Assembly: GCA_036500145.1 (NCBI GenBank)
Contig: DASYCO010000077.1
Location: 18,294-82,293, forward strand
Direction of reading: 5' to 3'
Source of the DNA: Alphaproteobacteria bacterium
GTDB lineage: Bacteria > Pseudomonadota > Alphaproteobacteria > SMXQ01
Length of the DNA stretch: 64,000 bases
The notes beneath the pieces were generated by a model. That model was not told the DNA's origin, ran no database searches, and worked only from the letters and a program-made list of their open reading frames with translations. This document shows, in pieces, positions 28,779 to 37,028 of this stretch. Both the position numbers and the translations under genes were made by a program. Position 1 is the stretch's first letter, and each line of letters starts with the position of its first letter.

Positions 28779-30026
28779 TTAAGGCTCGTCCTCGAAGCGG
28801 CGGCCTGATTTATCGATCTGAGACACGACGCCGGAGATCACCTCTCCGGCGTCGTTCTTTTTGAACGGGCCGTGCGCGATCAGGCGCTCGGCCTTGCGTT
28901 CCAGTTCGCCTTGCTCGGCGCGCACGAAGCGCGCGACGGCCTGCTTGAAGCCGTCGTCGGCGATCCAGTGGGCGCTCCAGGTCGCGGCGGGCAGGTAGCC
29001 GCGGCCGAGCTTGTGGCTGCCGCCGCCGGCGCCGGCCTCGACGCGGGCGAGCCCACGCTCGATGGCGAAGTCGATGGCCTGGTAGTAGCAGACCTCGAAA
29101 TGCAGGCAGGGATGCTCTTCGAGCGCGCCCCAGTTGCGGCCGTAGAGCGCGTCCTGGCCGATCAGGTTGATGGCGCCGGCGATGGGGCGGCCCTGGCGGT
29201 AGGCGATCACCAGCAGCACGTCGTCGGCCATCGTCTGGCTGAGGCGGGTGAAGAAGTCCGGCTCGAGATAGGCCTGGCCCCACTTGCGGCCGGCGGTGTC
29301 GATGTAGAACTCGTAGAAGGCGTCCCAGTCGGCCGGCGTGATGGCGTCGCCGGTCAAGCGGCGAATCTCGATGCCGGGGCTGACGGCCTCCAGCCGCTCC
29401 TTGCGCAGGTTCTTGCGCTTGCGCGACGAGAGCGCGCCGAGGAAGTCGTCGAAGCTGCCGTAGCCGGCGTTGTGCCACTGGAACTGCTGGCCTTCGCGGA
29501 CGAGAAAGCCATGGCCGGCGAGCAGGTCGGCTTCGGGCTTGGTCAGGAAGTTGACGTGCAGGGACGACACCTTGTGCCGCCGCGCGACTTCGATCAGGGC
29601 GCCGGCCAGAGCGTCGGCCGTGCCGGCCGGCGCTTCTGGATGGAGCAGCAGGCGCGGCCCGGTCACAGGCGTGAAGGGCACGGCGGCGAGCAGCTTGGGA
29701 TAGTAACGTCCGCCGGCTCGTTCCCAGGCGTCGGCCCAGGCCCAGTCGAAGACATATTCGCCGTAGCTGTGGCCCTTCAGGTAGAGCGGCACCGCGCCGA
29801 CGATGCGGCCGGTGCCGTCCTGCGCCACCACATGCTGCGGCTGCCAGCCGCTGTCGCGCGTCGCCGAGCCGCTGGCTTCCGCCGCGAGCAGGAAGGCATG
29901 GGAGACGAAGGGATTGCTGCCGCTGGCGTGGGGGCGGGCGCAGGCGTCCCAGTCGGCGGTGGCGACTTCGGCGATGGAGGGCACCACCATCGCCGTCAAA
30001 TCGGTCTTGCCGTCGCCGTCCGCCAT
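28779..30026 (-). CDS. DUF482/COG3146 GNAT-fold N-acyltransferase-like protein
   Basis: About 415 aa with FemAB-like/GNAT-like architecture. Conserved in Proteobacteria as a predicted N-acyltransferase. Start ambiguous (30026, 30041 or 29990). The stop codon TAA lies in the AT-rich islet junction. Confidence 0.55.
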   Translation of the reverse strand: MADGDGKTDLTAMVVPSIAEVATADWDACARPHASGSNPFVSHAFLLAAEASGSATRDSGWQPQHVVAQDGTGRIVGAVPLYLKGHSYGEYVFDWAWADAWERAGGRYYPKLLAAVPFTPVTGPRLLLHPEAPAGTADALAGALIEVARRHKVSSLHVNFLTKPEADLLAGHGFLVREGQQFQWHNAGYGSFDDFLGALSSRKRKNLRKERLEAVSPGIEIRRLTGDAITPADWDAFYEFYIDTAGRKWGQAYLEPDFFTRLSQTMADDVLLVIAYRQGRPIAGAINLIGQDALYGRNWGALEEHPCLHFEVCYYQAIDFAIERGLARVEAGAGGGSHKLGRGYLPAATWSAHWIADDGFKQAVARFVRAEQGELERKAERLIAHGPFKKNDAGEVISGVVSQIDKSGRRFEDEP

Positions 30027-30033
30027 CTGCGCT

Positions 30034-31863
30034 TCACTCATTCCTGAACCGGGCGGGGACAGCTTGCCGCAAGCCGTCGAACAGGGCCAGCAGCCAGATT
30101 CGGAGGCCGTCGATGCGGTTGCGGGCCGAGGGCGGCGGCGCAACGTCGAGGCCGACGCGGATCACCTGGCCATGCTCCACCACGCGCACGATCAGGTCGA
30201 CGCCGCCGACATGCAGGCGGCGGCCCGGAACAGGCGCGCCGCGCAGGGCGAGGCGCAGGAAGCGGCCGAGCGGCATGTGGCGCAGCACCCTGGGAACGCG
30301 GAACTCGTAGAGGCTGGCGACGGCGCCCAGCTCGGCCTGGCCGTCGAGCACGAACTCGCCGAGCATTTCCTCCGTCGCCGAGCGGCCGCTGCGGATGCCG
30401 GCGGCGAAGAAGCGGTCGAGGGTGGTCATCTGGTCCGACGGCGCGATGACGAGCACGTAGTCGTTGGGCTCCAGCCGCTGGACGGCCGCCGCCGCGAGCA
30501 GAGCGCCGTCGCGGATGATGGTGATGATGCTGACGCCTTCCGGCATGACGAGGCGCTCGAGCCGGCGGCGGGTCGCCATGCTGAAGGGCTGCACCGTGTA
30601 GGCCGCCATGTCGCGGCCGGCGCTGCCCGGCAGGTCCAGTTCGGCGCGCAGCGGCGGCGGCGGGCGCGGCGGCAGTTCGAGGCCGAGCCAACGGGCCACG
30701 GGCGCCACGGTCCAGCCCTGCACGCTCATGGAGAAGAGGACGACGACGAAGGCGACGGAGAACACCACCATGCCGCCCTGGATGCCCGACAGCACCGGGA
30801 TGCTGGCGAGGAAGATCGGCACCGCGCCGCGCAGCCCGACCCAGGAGATGAACGCGATCTCGCGCTTGCTGAAGCGGAAGGGGATGAGGCAGAGCGCCAC
30901 GGCCAGCGGACGGGCGACGAAGACCAGCGTCAGCGCGATGGCGATGGCGGGGACGAGGTCCGGCAGCAGCGCCTTCGGCGTGACCAGCAGGCCGAGCATG
31001 AGGAACATGAGGATCTGGCTGAGCCAGGCGAGCCCGTCGCTGAAGCGGCTGATGAGCTGCGTGGCGCGGTGGCGCCGGCTGCCGAGCAGGAAGCCGACCA
31101 GGTAGATCGCCATGTAGCCGCTGGCGCCGATGCTTTGCGCCGTGGCGAAGATCAGCATGGCGCCGGCCATGGCCAGGATCGGATAGAGGCCGGGCGCGAT
31201 GTCGAGCCGGTTGACGAGGCGCAACAGCGCCAGGCCGCCGAGCACGCCGAGCGTCGCGCCGCCGGCGATCTGCAGCAGGAACATGCCGACGAAGTTGTCC
31301 AGCAGGTCCCAGCTCACGGTCGTGGCGCCCGAGCGCAGCAGCTCGACGCAGAGCACGGTGAGGAAGATCGCCATCGGGTCGTTGAGGCCCGATTCGACTT
31401 CCAGCGTCGCGCCGACGCGGTTCTTCAGGTGCATGCCGCGGAGGTGCAGCAGGAAGAACACGGCCGCCGCGTCGGTCGAGGCGACGACCGAGCCGATCAG
31501 CATGCCCTGCAGCCAGTGCAGGCCGAGCGCCCAGGCCGCCGTCAGGCCGACCAGGATCGCGGTCACCAGCACGCCGAGGGTGGCGAGCGACAGGGCGGGG
31601 GCCCAGGCGACGCGCAGGTTGCCGCGCGTCGTCTTGAGGCCGCCGTCGAACAGGATGATCGCCAGCGTCAGGCTGCCGACGAGGTAGGCGACGTGGAAGT
31701 CGCCGAAATGGATGCCGCCCGGGCCGTCTTCGCCGGCCAGCATCCCGAGCGCCAGGAAGACCAGCAGCAGAGGGGCGCCGATGCGCGAGGAGACCAGCCC
31801 GGCGAGGATGCTGAGAACCACCAGGCCGGCGCCGATCAGGATGAGGTGATGGGCGAATTCCAT
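30034..31863 (-). CDS. K+/H+ (cation:proton) antiporter, CPA1/NhaP2 type with C-terminal TrkA-C regulatory domain
   Basis: 609 aa. About 13 TM helices, then a soluble C-terminal domain resembling TrkA-C/RCK. Confidence 0.8.
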   Translation of the reverse strand: MEFAHHLILIGAGLVVLSILAGLVSSRIGAPLLLVFLALGMLAGEDGPGGIHFGDFHVAYLVGSLTLAIILFDGGLKTTRGNLRVAWAPALSLATLGVLVTAILVGLTAAWALGLHWLQGMLIGSVVASTDAAAVFFLLHLRGMHLKNRVGATLEVESGLNDPMAIFLTVLCVELLRSGATTVSWDLLDNFVGMFLLQIAGGATLGVLGGLALLRLVNRLDIAPGLYPILAMAGAMLIFATAQSIGASGYMAIYLVGFLLGSRRHRATQLISRFSDGLAWLSQILMFLMLGLLVTPKALLPDLVPAIAIALTLVFVARPLAVALCLIPFRFSKREIAFISWVGLRGAVPIFLASIPVLSGIQGGMVVFSVAFVVVLFSMSVQGWTVAPVARWLGLELPPRPPPPLRAELDLPGSAGRDMAAYTVQPFSMATRRRLERLVMPEGVSIITIIRDGALLAAAAVQRLEPNDYVLVIAPSDQMTTLDRFFAAGIRSGRSATEEMLGEFVLDGQAELGAVASLYEFRVPRVLRHMPLGRFLRLALRGAPVPGRRLHVGGVDLIVRVVEHGQVIRVGLDVAPPPSARNRIDGLRIWLLALFDGLRQAVPARFRNE

Positions 31864-31967
31864 GGAGACAAGACTATACGGGACGGTCCGGCCGCACCCA
31901 GGATTTTCGGCCTATCGCCGCAAATTGCCCTGCTGATTCAGGAGGTGGTTCAGCGGCGTGATTCGCC

Positions 31968-32435
31968 TCAGGCGATCTCGACGACCGCATCCACTTCCAC
32001 CGCGACCCCGAAGGGCAGGGAGGCGACGCCGACCGCGGCGCGGGCGTGCTTGCCCCTGTCGCCGAAGATCTGCACAAGCAGGTCGGAGGCGCCATTGATG
32101 ACGGCGGGCTGTTCGGCGAAATCGGGTGTAGAATTGACGAAGCCGCCGAGCTTGACCCAGCGTACGACGCGGTCGAGGTCGCCGCCGCAGGCGGCCTTGG
32201 CCTGGGCGATCAGGTTGAGGGCGCAGAGCCGGGCGGCGTCCTGGCCCTGCTTGACGTCCATGTCGGCGCCGAGCTTGCCGATGAAGCGGCGCTCTCCGTT
32301 CCAGATCGTCACCTGGCCGGAGATGAAGACAGTCTTTCCTGTGACGACGTACGGCACGTAATTGGCGACGGGCGCGGTCGCGGCGGGAAGTTCGAGGCCA
32401 AGTTCTTTCAGGCGGGCGTCGATCAGGCCGGGCAT
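31968..32435 (-). CDS. RidA/YjgF-family protein
   Basis: YjgF/chorismate-mutase-like fold signature (PAR..VGV..LP....VEV). Start taken at MPGLID. Confidence 0.8.
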   Translation of the reverse strand: MPGLIDARLKELGLELPAATAPVANYVPYVVTGKTVFISGQVTIWNGERRFIGKLGADMDVKQGQDAARLCALNLIAQAKAACGGDLDRVVRWVKLGGFVNSTPDFAEQPAVINGASDLLVQIFGDRGKHARAAVGVASLPFGVAVEVDAVVEIA

Positions 32436-32501
32436 GGCTGTCTCCATCATTCGTTAACGATACGCCGCAAAACTCGCGAATCATCACAGGCGCGTGAGAA
32501 C

Positions 32502-32539
32502 AGCCAAATAACACAAAAACGCCGTTTTCCTGCGGCGTT
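32502..32539 (-). promoter_or_regulatory. Orphan terminator-like hairpin in the RidA/RND divergent intergenic region
   Basis: AACGCCG-caggaaaa-CGGCGTT followed on the minus strand by TTTTTGTGTTATTTGG. It lies upstream of ridA, not 3' of any gene. Confidence 0.4.
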
Positions 32540-32618
32540 TGTTGCGCGGAACGAATAGATATTCCGGACGTTAAGCGCCGGATTTCGGGCGGCGCGGCGT
32601 ATAACCCATAGGCCGGCC

Positions 32619-33803
32619 TTGCGCCGAGAGAGACATTCTAGGAAACGAGCAATGCGCGAACGACGGATACGGCAGATCGGCATAGGCGTCCTTCTGATCG
32701 CCGTGGTTGGGCTGGGGGTGCACTTCCTTCTCGGCGACGGCACCGCGGCCCAGGCGGTGAAGCAGAACCCTGGCGCGCCGGTGGTCATCGCCAGCGCCGA
32801 AACGCGCGACGTGCCCATCCGGGTGTCCGTCGTCGGCACGACCCAGGCCTACGCCACGGTGAACGTGAAGTCGCAGGTCGACGGCCAGATCCTCTCCGCC
32901 AGCTTCAAGGAAGGCCAGCTGGTGAAGAAGGGCGATCCGCTCTTCACCCTCGACCCGCGGCCGCTGCAGGCCGAGCTCGACCAGGCCAAGGCCGCGCTCG
33001 CGCGCGACCAGGCGCAGCTCGAGAGCGCCGACAAGAACCTCGCGCGCTACAAGGACCTGGCCAAGCAGGGCGTCTACTCCGAACAGCAGCTCGAGGCGGC
33101 GGAAGCCACGGCCAAGAGCCTGCGCGGCACGGTGAACGCCGACCAGGCGCAGATCGAGATGGCGCGCCTGCAGCTCGAATACACGCAGATCTCCTCGCCG
33201 ATCGACGGCCGCACCGGCAGCATGCTGGTCAACCCCGGCAACCTCGTGAAGGCCAACGACACCACGGCCCTCGTGACCATCAACCAGATCGAGCCGATCT
33301 ACGTCGCCTTCTCGGTGCCCGAGAAGTACCTGGCGGAAATCCGCAGCAGCATGAGCGAAGTGCATGACGCCGAACGCGGCGACGGCCTGGAAGTGACGGC
33401 CACCGCGCCGGGCGCCGGCCAGACGGCGCAGAGCGGCGTGCTGACCTTCGTCAACAACGAGGCGGACTCGACGACCGGCACCATCGAGCTGAAGGCGAGC
33501 TTCCTCAACAGCGGCGAAGCCTTCACGCCGGGCCAGCTCGTCCAGGTGACGCTGACCCTGCGCAGCATCTCGGGCGCGATCACGATTCCGAATTCGGCCG
33601 TGCAGAACGCGCAAACCGGCAACTACGTCTTTCTCGTCAAGCCGGACATGACGGTCGAACAGCGGACGATCAAGCTCGGGCCTTCCGTCGACGGCTACAC
33701 GGTCATCACGGAAGGCGTCGCCACGGGCGACAAGGTCGTGACCGAGGGGCAGATGCGCCTCTCGCCCGGCAGCAAGGTTCAAGTGGCGGCGCCCGCCGTT
33801 TAG
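32619..33803 (+). CDS. RND efflux periplasmic adaptor (membrane fusion protein, AcrA/HlyD family)
   Basis: N-terminal TM anchor, coiled-coil hairpin, lipoyl and beta-barrel domains. Alternative start at 32652. Confidence 0.85.
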   Translation: MRRERHSRKRAMRERRIRQIGIGVLLIAVVGLGVHFLLGDGTAAQAVKQNPGAPVVIASAETRDVPIRVSVVGTTQAYATVNVKSQVDGQILSASFKEGQLVKKGDPLFTLDPRPLQAELDQAKAALARDQAQLESADKNLARYKDLAKQGVYSEQQLEAAEATAKSLRGTVNADQAQIEMARLQLEYTQISSPIDGRTGSMLVNPGNLVKANDTTALVTINQIEPIYVAFSVPEKYLAEIRSSMSEVHDAERGDGLEVTATAPGAGQTAQSGVLTFVNNEADSTTGTIELKASFLNSGEAFTPGQLVQVTLTLRSISGAITIPNSAVQNAQTGNYVFLVKPDMTVEQRTIKLGPSVDGYTVITEGVATGDKVVTEGQMRLSPGSKVQVAAPAV

Positions 33804-33831
33804 TCCGCGTTCGGCAAGAGGATCGTCTGCC

Positions 33832-36800
33832 ATGAATCTTCCAGAGCTCTGCATCCGCCGCCCGATCATGACCACGCTGGTCATGGCCGGCGTTCTGCTG
33901 GCGGGCGCCATCGGCTACGTCTCCTTGCCGGTCAGCGAATTGCCGAAGGTCGACTTCCCGACCATCAACGTGTCGGCCAGCCTGCCGGGCGCCAGCCCGG
34001 AGACCATGGCGTCCGCCGTCGCGACGCCGCTCGAATCGCAGTTCTCCAGCATCGACGGCGTCGCTTCGATGACCTCATCGAGCTCGCTCGGCAGCACGCG
34101 CATCACTCTGCAGTTCGACTTGAGCAAGAACATCGACTCGGCGGCGCAGGACGTGCAGTCGGCGATTTCGGCCACCCTGCGCAAGCTGCCTGACGACATG
34201 CCGAACCCGCCGTCCTACCGCAAGAGCAACCCGGCGGACGCGCCCATCCTCTTCCTGGCGCTGAGTTCCGAGACGCTGCCGCTCTCGAAGGTCGACGACT
34301 ACGCCGAAACGATCCTGGCGCAGCGCATCTCCACCGTGCTCGGCGTCGCCGAGGTGCAGGTGTTCGGCGCGCAGAAATACGCCGTGCGCGTGCAGGCGGA
34401 CCCGAACGCGCTCGCCGCGCGCGACATCGCCTTCGACGAGCTGATCGACGCGGTCAAGGCGTCCAACGTCAACCAGGCGACGGGCAGCCTGAACGGCACG
34501 GACCGCACGACGACGATCACGGTCGGCGGCCAGATGAAGGACGCCAAGGCGTTCCGCGAGCAGACGATCGTCTATCGCGACGGCGCCCCGGTGAAGCTCG
34601 GCGACGTCAGCACCGTTCTGGATTCCGTCGAGAACGACAAGGTCGGCGGCTGGTACAACGACAAGCGCGCCATCATTCTCGCCATCAACCGCCAGCCTGG
34701 CTCGAACACCGTCGAGGTGGTCGATTCGATCAAGAAGCTGCTGCCCAATTTCGAGGCGACGCTGCCGGCCTCGGTCAAGCTCAACATCCTCTATGACCAC
34801 TCCCAGTCCATCCGCGCCAGCATCGCCGACGTGCAGTTCACCCTGCTTCTGGCGGCGGCCCTGGTGGTGATGATCATCTTCGTCTTCCTGCGCAAGCTCT
34901 CGGCGACGATCATTCCGAGCTTGGCCTTGCCGATCTCCGTCGTCGGCACCTTCGGCGTCATGTCGATGCTCGGCTACAGCCTCGACAACCTGTCGCTGAT
35001 GGCCCTGACGCTCTCGGTCGGCTTCGTCGTCGACGACGCCATCGTCATGCTCGAAAACATCGTGCGGCATGTGGAGAACGGCCAGAAGCCCTGGGAGGCG
35101 GCCTTGACCGGCTCGCGGGAAATCGGTTTTACCATCATTTCGATGACGGCTTCGCTGACGGCGGTGTTCATTCCGGTGGTCTTCATGGGCGGCGTCGTCG
35201 GCCGCCTGCTGCACGAATTCGCCGTCACCATCGTGGCCGCGATCTTCGTGTCGGGCTTCGTCTCCTTGACCCTGACGCCGATGCTCTGCAGCCGCTTCAT
35301 TCGCGGCCATAAGCCCGGCGAAGAGGAGCATCACAACAAGCTCTATCTCTGGATGGAGAACCTGTTCGACGCGGCGCGCGACGGCTATGGCCGCACCCTC
35401 GACTGGGCCTTGGGCCGCCAGCGCTTCATGCTGGCGGTGTTCGCGTCCACCCTGGTCGTCACGGTTGTCCTGTTCCAGGTCATCCAGAAGGATTTCCTGC
35501 CGAGCGAGGACACGGGCCGCATCTCGGTGCAGACCGAAGGCGAGCCGGATTCCTCATACGAGACCATGGCGCGCAACCAGCAGGCCATGGCGCGCATCCT
35601 GCAGGCCGATCCCAACATCGCCGGCGTCATGTCGTCGGTCGGCACCGGCGGCGCCCGCGGCGGCACCGGCTCGGGCACCATGCTGCTCACGCTCAAGCCG
35701 CGCGGCGAGCGCGACCTGAGCGCCGACGAGATCATCCGCGAGCTGCGCCGCAAGACGGAAGGCCTTCCGGGCGTGCGCATCTACATGCAGAACCCGCCGG
35801 CCATCCGCATCGGCGGCCGCCAGACCAAGGCGCAGTACCAGTACACCCTGCAAGGCTCGGACCTGCCGACGCTCATGGAATGGGCGCCGAAGATGCAGGC
35901 GGCCTTGGGCAAGATCGACGGCCTGCGCGACGTCAGCAGCGACCTCGACCGCGCGGTCAGCAACCTGTCGATCAGCATCGACCGCGACCGCGCCGCGGCG
36001 CTCGGCGTCGGCGTCGACCAGATCGAAAGCGTGCTGGGCAGCGCCTTCGGCACCCAGCAGATATCGACGATCTACACCCAGACCAACCAGTACGAGGTGA
36101 TCCTCGGCGTCGCGCCTGAATACCAGGGCGATCCGACGGCCCTGTCGCGCCTCTACCTGCGCTCCAAGGACGGCGGCCTCGTGCCGCTCGACACCGTGGT
36201 CACGGCCACGCGCGGCGTCGGCCCCTTGACGATCAACCATCTCGGCCAGCTGCCGTCGGTGACCCTGTCGTTCGACGTCGCGCCGGGCATCTCGCTCGGC
36301 ACCGCCGTCGACCTCATCCATCAGGCGGAAGTGCAGATGCACCTGCCGGACACCATCTCCGGCGTGTTCGAAGGCACGGCGCAGGCCTTCGAATCGTCGC
36401 TGCAAGGCATGGGCATGCTGCTCATCCTCGCCGTGGCGGTCGTCTACATCGTTCTGGGCATTCTCTACGAGAGCTACATCCACCCGCTGACCATTCTGTC
36501 GGGCCTGCCGTCGGCGGGCATCGGCGCCCTGTTCACGCTGTGGATATTCGGGGTGCCTCTCAGCCTCTATGCCTTCGTCGGCATCATCATGCTGGTCGGC
36601 ATCGTGAAGAAGAACGCCATCATGATGATCGACTTCGCCCTCGAACGTCAGCGCGGCGAGGGGCTGGCGCCGCGGGACGCGATCCGCGAAGCGGCCCTGA
36701 CGCGATTCCGCCCGATCATGATGACGACCATGGCCGCCCTCGTCGGCAGCCTGCCCATCGCCATCGGCATGGGCGCGGGCGGCGAGGCGCGCCAGCCTCT

Positions 36801-36948
36801 CGGCCTGGCGGTGGTCGGCGGCCTGATCCTGTCGCAGGTGCTGACGCTGTACCTGACGCCGGTGATCTACATCCGCCTCGACCGCCTGAGCGGCTGGCGG
36901 CCTTTCGGCAAGCACCGCGCCGAGCCAGTGCCGGTGCCCGGCGAGTAA
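33832..36948 (+). CDS. RND efflux permease (HAE1, AcrB/AcrD family)
   Basis: 1038 aa, 12 TM helices with two large periplasmic loops. Conserved AcrB motifs. Confidence 0.9.
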   Translation: MNLPELCIRRPIMTTLVMAGVLLAGAIGYVSLPVSELPKVDFPTINVSASLPGASPETMASAVATPLESQFSSIDGVASMTSSSSLGSTRITLQFDLSKNIDSAAQDVQSAISATLRKLPDDMPNPPSYRKSNPADAPILFLALSSETLPLSKVDDYAETILAQRISTVLGVAEVQVFGAQKYAVRVQADPNALAARDIAFDELIDAVKASNVNQATGSLNGTDRTTTITVGGQMKDAKAFREQTIVYRDGAPVKLGDVSTVLDSVENDKVGGWYNDKRAIILAINRQPGSNTVEVVDSIKKLLPNFEATLPASVKLNILYDHSQSIRASIADVQFTLLLAAALVVMIIFVFLRKLSATIIPSLALPISVVGTFGVMSMLGYSLDNLSLMALTLSVGFVVDDAIVMLENIVRHVENGQKPWEAALTGSREIGFTIISMTASLTAVFIPVVFMGGVVGRLLHEFAVTIVAAIFVSGFVSLTLTPMLCSRFIRGHKPGEEEHHNKLYLWMENLFDAARDGYGRTLDWALGRQRFMLAVFASTLVVTVVLFQVIQKDFLPSEDTGRISVQTEGEPDSSYETMARNQQAMARILQADPNIAGVMSSVGTGGARGGTGSGTMLLTLKPRGERDLSADEIIRELRRKTEGLPGVRIYMQNPPAIRIGGRQTKAQYQYTLQGSDLPTLMEWAPKMQAALGKIDGLRDVSSDLDRAVSNLSISIDRDRAAALGVGVDQIESVLGSAFGTQQISTIYTQTNQYEVILGVAPEYQGDPTALSRLYLRSKDGGLVPLDTVVTATRGVGPLTINHLGQLPSVTLSFDVAPGISLGTAVDLIHQAEVQMHLPDTISGVFEGTAQAFESSLQGMGMLLILAVAVVYIVLGILYESYIHPLTILSGLPSAGIGALFTLWIFGVPLSLYAFVGIIMLVGIVKKNAIMMIDFALERQRGEGLAPRDAIREAALTRFRPIMMTTMAALVGSLPIAIGMGAGGEARQPLGLAVVGGLILSQVLTLYLTPVIYIRLDRLSGWRPFGKHRAEPVPVPGE

Positions 36949-36982
36949 GTCCGGAGAAACGAGACGCCGCCATGCTCGAAGG

Positions 36983-37012
36983 AAAAGCCCGCCGACCGGC
37001 GGGCTTTTTTAT
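36983..37012. terminator. Bidirectional intrinsic terminator (RND operon / arylsulfatase)
   Basis: GAAAA-GCCCGCC-GACC-GGCGGGC-TTTTTT. Confidence 0.8.
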
Positions 37013-37028
37013 GCGCATGCTCTCCGTT

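Larger units (their letters stand above)
27324..28782. other. AT-rich (about 37% GC) horizontally acquired islet carrying a single KAP NTPase gene
   Basis: GC composition switches within a few bases at both junctions, after the clpA TAG at 27323 and at 28783. A T7 run abuts the TAA of the convergent gene. No integrase or repeats. Confidence 0.8.

Noticed and set aside
29803-32361. 852-aa plus-strand ORF
   Set aside because: Antisense to the NhaP-type antiporter and DUF482 genes; highly charged low-complexity product.
32571-36915. Several 400-450-aa minus-strand ORFs (32571..33911, 34075..35334, 35554..36915)
   Set aside because: Antisense to the RND adaptor and permease genes.
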